DNA of 64,000 nt from Octopus bimaculoides (Eukaryota): contig NC_068989.1 in NCBI RefSeq assembly GCF_001194135.2, positions 33,164,094-33,228,093 of the forward strand, given 5' to 3'. The notes beneath the pieces are model-generated. The model was not told where the DNA came from, made no database searches, and saw only the letters and a program-made list of their open reading frames with translations. Positions within the stretch are counted from its first letter, which is position 1. Each line of letters begins with the position of its first letter. This document shows, piece by piece, positions 13,797 through 27,244 of the stretch. The position numbers and the translations under genes were made by a program.

Positions 13797-14149
13797 ATCA
13801 TCATCATCATCATCATCGTCGTCATTTAATGTCCATTTTCCATGCTAGCATGGGTTGAACAGTTTAACCGGGGTCTGGGAAGCCAGGAGGCTGCACCAGG
13901 CTCCAGTCTGATCTGGTAGTGTTTCTACAGCTGGATGCCAACCAATCCATGGGTGTAGTGGGTGCTTTCTACATGCCACCGGCACAGGAGCCAGAGGAGG
14001 CTGGTAGCGGCCAGAGGAGGTTGACAGCGGCCAGAGGAGGCTGGCAGCGGCCATGATTGGTTGGTGCTTTTTACGTGCCACCGGCACAGAAGCCAGTCGA
14101 TGCGGTGCTGGCATCAGCCACGTTCGGATGGTGCTTTTTACGTACCACC
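13797..14149 (-). mobile_element. 5'-truncated RTE LINE (3'UTR only) inserted in the Helitron helicase
   Basis: (GAT)n tail, catgctagcatggaaaatggacattaaa terminus, and 66-bp repeat units. It interrupts the helicase just before the DEC motif. Confidence 0.85.
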
Positions 14150-16094
14150 AAGTTCACCCATTCCAGAATTTTTAGATATATTACAAACTGGATCTTCTTT
14201 GCTAGATAGATCTAAAGGTAACTTGAATGTTGAATGGGCAGTCCGACCTCCAGATAGTCATGTTGCTGCAATCCCAGAAGTAGCAGTAGCTAAAGCTATT
14301 TTATTTTCTTGACAAACTTTAGCCAGGAAGAGTTTAATAACAAATGTTTTCCCAGTACCTCCTGGGGCATCTAAGAAATAAAGTCCTCCTATGTTATTTT
14401 TAATACTTTCTATGACAGTAGAATATGCACAACGTTGATCAGATAGAAGGTTGAGAAAATTATCATTTATATACATGGTCAGTTTTTCCATATCATAGGA
14501 AATTTCCCTCATTATTTCAGTGGACAGACTGTTAAGACCCCTTCTATTAGTTAGTGGGAGACCTAAATTTTCTATAGGTTCACCTCCCAACGAAATAATT
14601 TGATCTTCTATTTCAATCAAAGCTGCATTGTATATAACATCAGTGAAACCAATATCTTGCTCAAGATTACTCAATTGAACTTGGTGCTTGAAATCTTCAG
14701 CAAGATCATTTCTGAACTTATTCCACAGTTCAACAGGATTACTTACTTCGCAATTTTTGAGAATAATAGCAAAATGACCTCTTAAACTCTTTGGTGTTTT
14801 TGATATTGAAGCTTCTACCAGTGTTGCTTCCCATTGCTGATCGTTTGCAAGCAAATCTAACTTCAAATATGCTTCTCAACATCTTCTGCAAATCTCACTA
14901 TCAACTTCTCTCAAAACTTTCTCATGAAGTTGGCCCACTTTTTACATGAAGAAAGCATTCATTTTCCTTAGCATGTACAGTATATATTCTACTAATTGTT
15001 GTACCCAACTTAATCCCAGAATGACCTTGAACCTTTGTACCTATTTTGCATCTATTCCATTTATTATTACTCCATGTGTAATAAGAAGGAACCTCATGAT
15101 ATGGCAATGTTTTTGCAAAATTGTTCCCCCAACAAAGATTGAAAAAGGCTGTTAAAGTGGTATCCTTTGGATTTGAAACTCAATTTGCCGCTGTTTCGGC
15201 AGTGAAGTAAACCCTTTGACCATTTTCTAAATGCACAGAAAGTTGTTAAACGGTTAGGTGCTTTTGTGGATTGCAAATCCAAATATGCGCCAGAAGGCCT
15301 CATTACTGCTTATACATCTCCCTATTTGGTATTGTTAAACTTCATCATTAGTGTTTTCTTGAATGGTGAAAGAAGTAGCATCACTGCCTTTATTTATGTA
15401 TTTGCATACATACTTTATGCTCTTTGTAGAGTTACAAGACTTTGTCATTTTCTGCTGCACTTTGAGCTGCCATTCTTTGTTGGCTATCTGCAAGTCATGC
15501 ATTTCTTTGATGTCTGATTTCAGATGTACGTCAAGCTTTCTTTCTTTGTCAATCAAATCATCTGTAAGCAGTTTGTGTCTCTTGTCTTCATTTTGTGCTG
15601 CACATCATGCGTTTCTTTGATGTTCATGGTTTGACATTCTTTTATTAGGAGACATTTTTTTGCTAAGGAATATCAGTATGTAATAGTCAAATGAAATTAC
15701 AAATGCTGTATCCTGTCACTGTAAGCGCTGAATTTCCAATGCTATATTACAGGAATGCAAGGCAAGGCGCTGTGTGATAGAGAAGTTTAACTAAGTCAGA
15801 ATGTATGTTGTTGATGTGAATTGTCTTTTTTGTGGGTGTGTTGATGATTTACGTTTCACTCTCAAGTTCTTTGTGTGTGTGTCATGCATCTCACTTCAGT
15901 CGGATTCTCTCTGCCTATCTCAAAGAAGTATGTATATTCATATCTGACCTGACAAACTAGAAAAATAGCTATATCATATAGAACAATAGCTTTAATGAAT
16001 CCAGGTGACTGTATGATGGCACTGAAAAGGCCACAGGTCAAATGGAACACCCATTTGTCACGGTTCCTTTTGATGTTTGAATAGGCCATAAGCC

Positions 16095-16691
16095 TGGTGA
16101 GAATGGATGAGGATAGCTGCCTGAAAAAGTGCCACACCCTAACAGTTGAGGGAACCCATGGAAGAGGTAGGCCCAGGAAGACCTGGGCTGAGGTGGTGAA
16201 GCAAGACCTTCGTACATTGGGCCTCACCGAGGCGATGACTACTGACCGAGACCTTTGGAAATGTGCTGTGCGTGAGAAGACCCGGCAAGCCAAGTAAGAT
16301 CGTTGCCAGTGCCCCTGGACTGGCTCTTGTGCGNNNNNNNNNNNNNNNNNNNNNNNNNNNNNNNNNNNNNNNNNNNNNNNNNNNNNNNNNNNNNNNNNNN
16401 NNNNNNNNNNNNNNNNNNNNNNNNNNNNNNNNNNNNNNNNNNNNNCATAAAAGACACCATTTCGAGCGTGGCCATTGCCAGTATCGCCTGACTGGCCTTC
16501 GTGCAGGTGACACGTAAAAGCACCTACTACACTCTCTGAGTGGTTGGCGTTAGGAAGAGCATCCAGCTGTAGAAACTCTGCCAAATTTAGATTGGAGCCT
16601 GGTGATGCCATCCGGTTTCACCAGTCCTCAGTCAAATCGTCCAACCCATGCTAGCATGGAAAGCGGACGTTAAACGATGATGATGATGATG
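16095..16691 (+). mobile_element. 5'-truncated RTE LINE (ORF end plus 3'UTR)
   Basis: GRGRPRKTWAEVVKQDLRTLGLTEAM...KTRQAK* followed by 3'UTR and (GAT)n tail; possible AAGCC TSD. Confidence 0.88.
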
Positions 16692-18155
16692 AAGCCCAAA
16701 GAGAATTGAAAATTCAGTTTCAAATCTGAACCAGGATGAGACTACTCCTACAGATTTGGTGTCATCACTGACAAACAAACAAACAAACGGACAGAAATTC
16801 AATTTTATATATATAGATATATATACTACAAGTCATACTCAATGTCTAAGTTCCACTAATCTACCACCCTTGACTGGTACTTTTTTATTTACCCTCAAAA
16901 GGATGATCTGAACTCAGAGCACAAAGAGTCAGAACAAATACCACAAGGTATTCTATGAAACAGCCAAAAAACTCTGCTAATTTTCTGCCTTTCAAATGTG
17001 ATCCAACTATCTGTTAGTAGTTCCCCCACCTACTGATATGCCTAGTGAGTGTATCACTGGATTTTACAAATTACTGGATCTGTAGGTAGTCAGAATTATT
17101 TCTTTTTACAGGTTACATACTGGGACAATCAGTGCACATGACTGTTTACAGAATCTCTGAAGCTGATGGGAGGGAAGGAAACAGGAAGGTATCTTCAAGC
17201 TGGAAATCTGATCCAAATGTTTGTAAGAGAGTGGACTCTGCTAAAGGCAACCAAGGAGCAGGAAGGGTTTTAAATCGAGAGATAGATTAAGTCTACCACT
17301 AAGAACTGTTCATTTATGAAGTATTTCTGCCCTTGAATAGGAAACACAACATTTGGAATGCTATTTTAGCAATGTTATAAAAGTGAGGTTAGCATGCAAG
17401 ATCATTAAAGAATGAGAATGAAGTAATTTTTAATTTTTTATCTGTATTAAAAGGGTAATAGGCTGATAGTATGTAAGAAGAATGAGATAAACTATATATA
17501 GTCCTAATGAAAAAAGTATGCACATATAGAAGATGCACATATTAAATATACTTTTAGCAAAAATGAAATTAAATTATTTAAAGATTGTAGAGAGATAAAT
17601 AAATAAGTATAAAGATTATAATTTTAAAACCTAAAAGAAAATTGATTTCTTTTGACTAAGAACATGTTATTTTGTAGGAGACTGTTATGGTTTGTTAAAT
17701 CAACCAAATATTGTTACTGTTTATTTTACTGATTCTGATAACCTTGACCTTAGTAAAGTTATTTTGTAGTGAGACCAGTCAAAGTCAATAAAATGCCAAG
17801 TCAATAGTGACAGACAAGAATTTGAAATCATAACAAAAAGGCACTGAACTAAATGCATTACAGAATCTAGTTCTGCATTATTTATGACAACTAGATATAT
17901 TTAGCAATAGTTTTATGTCAATTTGAAATGATCAAGACAGACTTGGGTATCAACTACTTACAACCAACCAGAGACAATAGATACATGAAGTTATTTATTA
18001 CTGTGGCTATGATGAAGTATATAATTACTGATTTGATTCATTTTTATAAACATTTTTATCATTCTTATTTTAATAGCTATTTCTTGTTTCAATATCGTGT
18101 CTTCGTGCAAGTATGAACTACACAATTCTACATAAACAGCAAACTATTTAACATT

Positions 18156-18382
18156 TTAACCCTTTAGCATTCATATTATTCTGTAAAATGTAATGCATAC
18201 TTGTACACGCTGTGTTAAATTAATCATGCATTATCACATAGCTTCAAAATTTTGATGATGCAACAATTCATTTTTAGAATGATACTGTAGGGTAAGTGCA
18301 AGAGGTTGAATTTGGCTGATCTGAACATAAAACACATAGAATATTTGGGCTGGTTATCTCTGGTTTAAATGCTTAATGGTAG
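18156..18382. mobile_element. piggyBac-type TTAA MITE
   Basis: Starts TTAA-CCCTTTAGCATT; the right end is a degenerate inverted copy; family shared with 1-66. Confidence 0.65.
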
Positions 18383-18744
18383 GAAGACCATGGCCAGAGA
18401 AAAATATTTTGTGTTCTTGGAACTGTTTTTTCAGCAAGATACTCCTCCTGTATTAATCAGTCATAATAAATCAGGTCTCACATAAAAGAAGGGAGATGAG
18501 CTCATATGAAGTAGCCTTGGTATTATAAAAAATTTGTAGTCAACATGAAAATAACTGAACAGTATGTAGACATTGTAGAGAAAGTGAAGGTACAAACTGC
18601 TTTACTCTCCATGTTACTGAAACCAAGTTACCAAGCAACTTTAAAAATTCATCAGGTTGTCTAAATTTGCAAAAGCCATTAAGCCCAAGTAAGCAGAAAT
18701 TTCTCAGAAGAAACATAAATTTGAAATAAATGATTCTTATGTAC

Positions 18745-18907
18745 CTTTTCGTCGTTCTGATTGAACCATGTCTTCACATGCTGCATGTAAGAAATAAATG
18801 TGATCAGCGACCATTCTTTCTTGAGTCTCGTGTGTAACTTTCTCATAAGATGAAGGATGTAGAAATTTCCGACTGCGAAGATTCTCTTGCCCCAACTTTT
18901 GAATTAC
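18745..18907 (-). CDS. CUL2: Cullin-2 coding exon 8 (163 nt; VIQKLGQENLRSRKFLHPSSYEKVTHETQERMVADHIYFLHAACEDMVQSERRK)
   Basis: Matches LHPSSY.KV.HE.Q.RMVADH; TTTTAG / GTACAT boundaries. Confidence 0.96.
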
Positions 18908-18940
18908 CTAAAAAGTAAATACACACATTCACAATATATG

Positions 18941-19032
<92 letters not shown>

Positions 19033-19176
19033 GAAAGAAATAGTGAACATAGAGACATTTATGGAGATGGAAAATTCAAAACATTCCCATTTCTAAAACA
19101 AAAGAAAAAGGTCAACTACAAAAGGTGAAAGAAAAATACTTTATAAGAGTTCTAAATCCAAAACCAAACTAGAAAT

Positions 19177-22100
19177 TGTTGTAAAGCGGTCTTTTGCCAC
19201 TGTTGTATCTGTCTTGTGACAACAGGTGTCGCTCTAACAGATATTGTTATATTCTGAAGTCATCAACAGGATGGTTCTATCTGGCACTGTACAACTGGGG
19301 GTCGTACAGTGTTATTATCCTCAAAAGGTTGGATCGATACAACATCCACTCAGTATCACAGTATGACCACTATATTAGCACAAACACAACTACCAACACA
19401 GTCTACATGTACTTTTGACCTCCTGGCCTTCTTTACCTTCTCATGTCGACTGGCTACTGGTCTATTTATAATAGGTGGCTACTACCACTTTTCACTGGGA
19501 GGGGTGTACAGTTTCACTATACAACATCTCCCCTTTTAATTTTTTTTATTTAACATCAGTTTCTTTTATTCACCCTACCTCCTCCTTTTTCTTTTATATG
19601 TATACATATATATATATATATATATATACATACTTAATATCTTTTCTTCTCAGGGTCTACTTTTAGAAATTTAGTATTCTTCCTTTTCCTTGTGTGTGTG
19701 GTTTTGATTTCTTGTAACGCTGTTGGAACCTGAAAAGTGTCATATAGCCAATCCATTGGTACTTCTACTCTTGTTGGTTCCTTTTCTATGACGCTTTCTT
19801 TAAGCTGATTTCTATGTCTCCTTTCCATTCCATTTCTGCTTCTTTCTGTTTGCTGTGGTCACAACTTTCTGCATCATTCTTCCTATGTATGTTACAATTT
19901 CTCCTTCTTCCCAGTATTGCTTGCCATTTTTGTACATTCTTACATATACCTTATCACCTATTCTGAAGAATTTTGGCATGTCTTTATTAGCACGTATATT
20001 TTTTTCACTGGTAACAGTTTATCAAATACTGACTTCACCTTTCTGCAAACATCAATTCTGCTGGTGAACATACTTCTGGCACATTTGGGTTCAGAGTTAG
20101 CCTGTATAGTCTTAAGAATTGTTGAATCGAGACTCATCTGTAGCTTCCTTATTAGCTTTCTTTAAAGCTCTCTTAAAATTGTCCACAAACTGTTCGGCCC
20201 TTCCATTCGATCTAGGGTGATACAATGCTAGCATGAACATCTCACAGGATCTTTAAAACTCACAGGATACAAACTGTGTTCCATTGTCAGAGACAATTAT
20301 ATCCAGTACACCAAATCTTGCTAACAGCTCATGTAAGAAGTTTATCACCATATATGAGGTTGTTTGTTTACACCTCACAACCTCAGGCCATTTTGTGTAG
20401 CTGTCCACTACTATTAAGTTATAATATCCATTTACCGGGCCTACAAAATTGATATGCAATTGGGACCATGGTATTTTCATTTCCAGCCAAGGTTCACATT
20501 TTGTTGTAGGTAGTTTCACTGCCAGCACACATCCTCTGCAGCCTTTTACCAGGTTTTCAACCTTCTTGTTCATGCTTGGCCAGTATACGAAACTTCACAT
20601 CAGCACTTTCATTCTAGAGATGCTTGGGTGTCCCACATGAAACTCTTTTAGCATTCTCTTCTGTAATGTCAGTTGTATGACCACCCTCTAAGCTTACATT
20701 AGTACACCATCACATATAGAGTACACGTTCACATCTTGGCAGTTCTTTGCATCAGACCTTTCTTCATTTCTTTTTGTCAACCACAGTTTTCTTTTTGTCT
20801 CATTAATAAATTTGTCATTTCTTGCACTTCTTTTTATTTCTTCCAAAGTTACTGGTAGTTCACACACAATGTTCCACATCATTATTTTTTTGTTTCAGTT
20901 CATTGACCTCGTTCAATCGTTTGACTGCTCCGGTTATGCTATTGCACAAAACACTTATGGGTGTATCCCAAACATTAAATTTCTTCATACATTCGGTGCC
21001 AAATAAATTCATGGATTTTTTCAACACATAAACATATACTTTTTTGGTTCGACCTTTAAACGTTATATTACAAACATGCTCGCCATGTAATATAATTTTC
21101 TTCCCATAATACTGTGTGCTATTTTGTTTGAACTACATAATTTTGGTTTACCTATTTGTTCCCATGTTTTCTCATTTATGATTGTGATATCACTTCCTGT
21201 GTCTAACTGCATTCTAAAACTAGTATATTCAGTTCTTACATTTACAAATTTTCTGTTTGCTGTAGTCACAACTTTTCCAACTGACAAACTATCTATTTTT
21301 TCTTATTTGTTCCATTTTGTTTTCTTAAAACTAGTTTTGCAGTGCGATTTTATATGTCCTGTAAACCCACAGCTAAAACACTTTGCTTTTTTATATGGAC
21401 AATCGTTTTCCAGGTGCATCCCACCACATGCCATACATGGGTCTACATCCCGATATTTTTTCTGTTTTTCTTGCAACACTTTGTCTTCCAACTTTTTTGC
21501 ACTGGTGGAAACACTCTTTCCATTGAATTTCTTCCATGTCATGCCTTAATCTTAATATCCTGTCACACTCTTCCGACAGTTTCTGCAATGTCAGATCCTG
21601 GTTCATTTCCAGTTTAGACAGAATTTTCATTTGCATTTCTGCATCCCTTCTATCTGTCAATCCTTGTGCAAAAACTCAAACACTTGAAAGAATCTGAAGT
21701 AAGCATATCTAGCCTAAATCTCTCACATTCTTTGTTGATTCTGCCTGTGTAAGTAGTGAAGCCTTCATCTTCGCTTTTTTCTATGTTTAAACATTTCCAT
21801 CTAGTATTAAACAGTGAGCTCTTTTCACTAAACATTTTGCACAAAATGTCAACTGTGTCAGTGAAATTTGTCAGACGTTTTTTTTTGGCAATATGAAGTT
21901 ACTATACTTCTCATGCTCTACTGTCACTAGTTTTCTTAAAACTAGATGCGTTTTCATATCGTCCATCCAATCCTGGCATTCTTTTTCAAAAATTTGCTGA
22001 AATCTTTGAAAGTAAGCCTTGAAGGTTACTCCTCCTTCAGAGTCATATTCACTTATGGAACTTGCTACATGGTCAGGTGAAAATGTATTCTCTGGTTTGG

Positions 22101-22706
22101 TTATCAACTTCATTAAGTGTAACATTTGCTGCTGCAATCCTTGTTGTTGGTCTCGTTGTCCCTTGAGTTGTTGTTGTTGGTTTTGCAACTCAACTATCCC
22201 AGCTAACAAGTCTTCCATATCTTACAATTTTTGTAAGTTTGCACAAGACTTTTGTTTCTTTTTTGTCAAGGTATTTAATTCTCCACGTGAATTAGTTTAA
22301 ACTCTCTACGTGAATGTTTTTTTTTTCACTCCACATAAATTTGTGTTTCCTCGTTGCCACTGTTGTAAGGTGGTCTTTTGCCACTGTTGTATCTGTTTTT
22401 TGATGATGGTTGTCACTCTGACAGGTATTGTTATATTCCGAAGTTGTCAACAGGATGGTTCTATCTGGCACTGTATGACCCCCCAGTTATACAGTGCTAT
22501 TATCCTCAAAAATTTGGATCGATATAACGTTAGTTAGTATCACAGTATGATTACTATATCAGCACAGACATGACTATCAACAGTCTAAACATACTTTCGA
22601 CCTTCTGGCCTTCTTTACCTTCTCGAGTTCACTGGCTACTGGTCTATTTATAATGGCTAGCTACTTCCACTTTTTACCGGGAGAGGTGTAGTTTCATTAT
22701 ACAACA
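19177..22706 (-). mobile_element. Gypsy/Ty3 LTR element with both LTRs, gag, protease and integrase remnants, but no RT/RNase H
   Basis: LTRs 19177-19526 and 22361-22706 (TGTTGTA...TACAACA); GAAAT 5-bp TSD. PBS TGGCAACGAGG resembles the complement of the tRNA-Ser(GCU) 3' end; PPT AAAAGGGGAGA. CMACGGMH..C..CFSCGFTGH knuckle, LDTGS protease, HVGHP / YWP / GCRGC, IVSDNGTQF integrase. Confidence 0.93.
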
Positions 22707-23069
22707 GAAATAGTCAATACTGCTGCTAAAAACAACTTCTTCTATACAGATTATCCCATAACATGTGTATTTGAAAAACTGTAAACAGCAAAAGCACCGA
22801 CAAAATACAAATGCTTCTTTTCAAAAGATTTGTGTCACCCTGTTTTTTTTAAAGCTTTATATAATTAATAATTTTTAATTTAAGAAAATCTTTGTTCAAA
22901 TACTGAGACAAATGTAATCCTTTTATTGTTCCTTAAATCCAAAATCATGTGAAGTAAACATAATCAGCTGCTCAGTTTACCAACACCATTTACCAACTGA
23001 TTGCAAACAATTTACGTTTCACATTAGTGAATTTTTTATTTCTTTTTTAAGATTTACTTATGTGGAAGG

Positions 23070-23880
23070 AGCAGTGTCTAAGGCTTTCAAAGACACAAAG
23101 ATTGGTGTGGTTGATATAGTTTGTATATCATGGATGAGAAGGGATACCAAAGATCTGATGCTCTAGAGAAGAAGAAATGTGCATAGTAATTAGTGCAGAG
23201 TAGAGAGACACAACAAGAATGACACAATGGAGACAATGTGTATCAGTTGGGCTTGAGCAGAAGTGGCATGAAATTGACTAATTCAAAAAATAGGCCATTG
23301 TAGTAACAGTAGACTAGGCACATCTACAATATATTGGTGAGTCTTTGACAATTAATTAGATAACTTTGTTTTCAATATGATCTGATGGTTGCAGCATTCT
23401 ATAGCAGATCTCCCTTAAATTTTATTGTCATTTATATACATTTACATAGAGCTAAAATATATTTTGCCCATTGAAAGTTAAACCTTTAGGATGCAGTTTT
23501 CACTATGTTATGAATATGAAATGACCAAGAGAGACCAACAGAGGTTATAGCACCTAATAATTGCACATTTCCAAGATGAGAAGGTGAGGTGTAAAATTAT
23601 AGTTGTGTCTTTGTGTTGTTGAAAGAGACAACATTATCAGGATACTTTTTGGACAACGTTTATGAGGTTTCTGTTTATGGCAATAGGTTTCATGTAACCT
23701 GTTTAAGAATGCATATGGATGAAGTCTGTGTGAGGAAGATTAGGGGAGAGTAAAGAATGGTATCATCTGCTTAGGAATAAGTAGGTTACAGATGATAGCA
23801 AGTAAGTCACTAATATATAAGAGAAAGGATGTGGGAGCCATAAACAAACTGTGGGAACACCAAAGTTGACAGAGTTACTC
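23070..23880 (-). mobile_element. Decayed Jockey/CR1-like LINE RT 3' end
   Basis: YYNGLF...YAHFFFSRASDLW-like C-terminal remnants; similar to 33100-33915. Confidence 0.5.
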
Positions 23881-23891
23881 AAAGAATACTA

Positions 23892-24077
<186 letters not shown>

Positions 24078-25138
24078 TTAGAAATCTAATACTTGCTCAG
24101 AATTCAGAGAAAATAGCACATCAAAATTTAGTATTTCTTGCAAGGCAGACTCAGAATAGTCTATACTAGAAAAAGGTAAGGAAGTGTTAAAATGTATGTA
24201 CTGGATTATGATATGGTTTTGAATTTCTCTTTACCTCACCATAATCAATAAAGATTTCACTGTCAAGTTGGTTGAACACCTGAAAGCCATCAACATACAG
24301 GTCAGTGGTACAGTTATAATGAATAGAAGAGATCCACCCAGAGAAATTAAGGATATTAAAGTATAACAAAAGTGTTTGTCACCACATTCAGAGACAAACA
24401 GTAAATACAAATACACAACCAGGAGTGGATAATTGTAAACAAAAAGCATAAAGCATACATAGAAAAAGTGGGATGACTAGATCAATTTCTCTTACATTGG
24501 CCTATTGGAAGAGCTGAAATGAAGCTGTGGCATTACATTGTAAGGAATATTATTAATATATACAGAGACAATGCTTTTATTCTTCTATATCAAAAGAAGA
24601 CTTAACATATCATGACTACCAACATTTTAAAACTGATATTACTGATTAACCACTAATGGCTTTATTGGGAAAATATAATGTTAGACAAAGTCAGAAATCA
24701 TAAAAAAGAAAATAAGAAAAAAGAAATTTACATAAACTAATCCAAACAAAAGGAAGAAAAAGACAATATTGGGGATGTTCTCCATGAAGAAAAGTAAGCT
24801 CTATCTGATGTGCTAGTCAAAACATCTTTCATGCTGGTGCATCATTATTCAGAATTGGATTATTTTAGACTTTTAATTACAGAATTTAAATTATTTAATT
24901 TATACAGTTTGCTTGTCTTTCTCTCAGATTCCTCTACATATATTACAATTTGAAAAGTATATATATTTTAGCAGGTGATACATGCTTTGATTTTGGTAAT
25001 ACATCACTGTATTTGGATATGTATATTAGCAATTTCTTATAAATCACAAAATTATTATATAATTTAATCTATATTAACAGTGGTGGTCCACTATAGCATT
25101 AGCTATAATGGCTAAAACAAACAACTAAAGAAGTTATA

Positions 25139-25840
25139 CAGGGTATTCAGGCTAAATTTGACAGTTTGCATAAAAGGAAAAGAAAACACAATATATCATC
25201 CAAAAATAGAAGTATTTTTTTTTTTAAATCAAAAAATATCAGCTAGATTATGGTTGGCAGATAACAGTTTACTCAAAGTGGCTGCTCTCAGCTTGCACCA
25301 CAGCCTCAAGACAGCTTCAGAGCTTGGTGCATGCATTCTTCATTGCGTTCCAAAACCTGGCACATGCATTCCTCTTCATGTCCCTGGGAAGATCTTCAAA
25401 CACCTCCTTGATGTTGGCCACCAGCTTGGCCTTGGTGTTGCAGGCAGAGTGGTTGGTGTCTTTCTCAACCATGCTCTACACATAGCAAATCAATGGGATT
25501 ACAATCAGGAAAATTAAGAGGCCTGAAATTGGAGCTGGTGAAGTTGTAGGAATTCTCTGACTCTTTCTGGAAGTATGGTAAAGAGTCAAATCCTACTGTC
25601 ACACATAACCTTTTGGCATCTTCACATAGCTATCTGAATTGAGCCTAAAGCCTTGTTCATCAGTTATTGGATAAATATAACTGTGTGTATGCCATCAGAA
25701 CGTCTGCTATGTCCCTTCTTAGTCTCTGTTGCAGCTGTCCTTGTCACATCTCCAGTCCATGTCAACTAACTTTTTCTCAACTACAACTTTAATCTTTATG
25801 CTCTACAACAAAAATCATCAAATTTAACCTGAACACCCTG
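25139..25840 (-). mobile_element. Internally deleted Tc1/mariner element
   Basis: TA-flanked TIRs CAGGGT(A/G)TTCAGG(C/T)TAAATTTGA at both ends; transposase C-terminal remnant (LEAVVQAESSHFE) on the minus strand. Confidence 0.85.
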
Positions 25841-26439
25841 TACATATGTATATATAATCAATATATACATCAGAATTTACTTATTCATTTCGGATACATA
25901 ATTATTCATTCTCAGTTAATCAATTTGATCAAATTGACTATTTGTATTCAAATAGTTGGATTTTATAATTATCTGCAAAAGAAATACATTATTTTTTTAG
26001 TTTTCAATCTTTTTTTCCATATATGAATTTACTTGTGATGTTATTCCCAAACTATGTATTACTAGCCTGAAAAAGTAGATGTATGATGATGGAGATTGCA
26101 TTAAAAAATAGGATATGCAGTTGATAGTTTCTAATTGTTAATTAATTTAACTGCAACTAAAATTGCTATAAAAGCAATATTAGCACTTTCCTAAACCAGA
26201 ATTATATCAGGGTTAATAGCAAATGAATGTTATATTTCTTTATTTTGTTGCAATTTAAAATGTTCCCTCAGTTTTATCTGGCTTAACTGCAATTATCTAA
26301 AAGGTTGCTTAAAATAAATCATTAAAAATCACTATTAAATGCATTGGTAGATATGGAACATACTTTCCAAATGGCACATAATTATATCAATTGAGATAAA
26401 AATTATTACTACCATCTGAAAATTTGTTTGCATCATGTA

Positions 26440-27000
26440 AACTACTATCATGCCTAGCACAGCCTACCAGCTCACCTGCTTTTAACACTGGAACTTGTTG
26501 TCAGACAGAATCCTCCTGCTCACAACTCAAACAAAATGGTCCTTGAAGCAGCACTCCTGCAGAGAAAGTTTGCTACTTACTGCTTACTGTGCTTCTATCT
26601 CAACAATGCAATATACTTGACAAAACTTCTCCAAAATATCCTTTCTCCATGTATACACATGGACAGGTCAAGTGTGAAAGCATCTCCAGTCACTTCAAGC
26701 CAGTAAAGCTGCTAGCCTTGACAATGTCTTTTCCATTATTCTCTATCTTGAACTATCGCAACGTCATTGCCAAATTCTTCAATATTTCTCTCTCTACAAA
26801 AATCTATTGCAATATCTTGAGACATGCGATAGAGTATAATTTCCATAACAGATGCAATTTATCACCCCTGCTCAGTATTACCTTCTCCAGCACCTTGACT
26901 TTCTCTTCTTCCTTGTTGACATTAATTCAGGTTCTACAGAGCCTGACATCCCACAGACCTAATCTCCTATGCCACTCACAAGTAGACTCTTTCTATTGAA
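26440..27000 (+). mobile_element. Decayed Jockey/CR1-like LINE RT N-terminal fragment
   Basis: HLQSLQASKAASLDN...IAKFFNISLST resembles RT domain 0/1. Confidence 0.5.
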
Positions 27001-27244
27001 AAGATTGGCAAAGGCAATGTTGTTGCATTTTATACCAGCAATGCATTTGACCAAATCTGGCACAAGAATCTCCCAGTAAAGCTGTTATACACAGGGATTC
27101 ATGTATCTCACATCTCTTTGATTGGAGGTGTCCTGTTAAATTGTACTGTTGCAGCATGTGCTGACAGTTTCCTCTAACCAATATTCTATTAAGTATAGTG
27201 TGTCCTTATGTTTGATTACATCATCCACATTCTTCCTGCTGTAC

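Larger units (their letters stand above)
12409..16817 (-). mobile_element. Decayed, internally deleted Helitron (Rep/Pif1 helicase) with two RTE insertions
   Basis: TC-TATATATATAAAA start at 16817. SIKYVCKYINKGSD (Rep tyrosine motif), LDAPGGTGKT Walker A, LLSGDFQQTLPV, NINKSQGQTL. Hairpin and degenerate CTAG near 12409. Confidence 0.9.
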
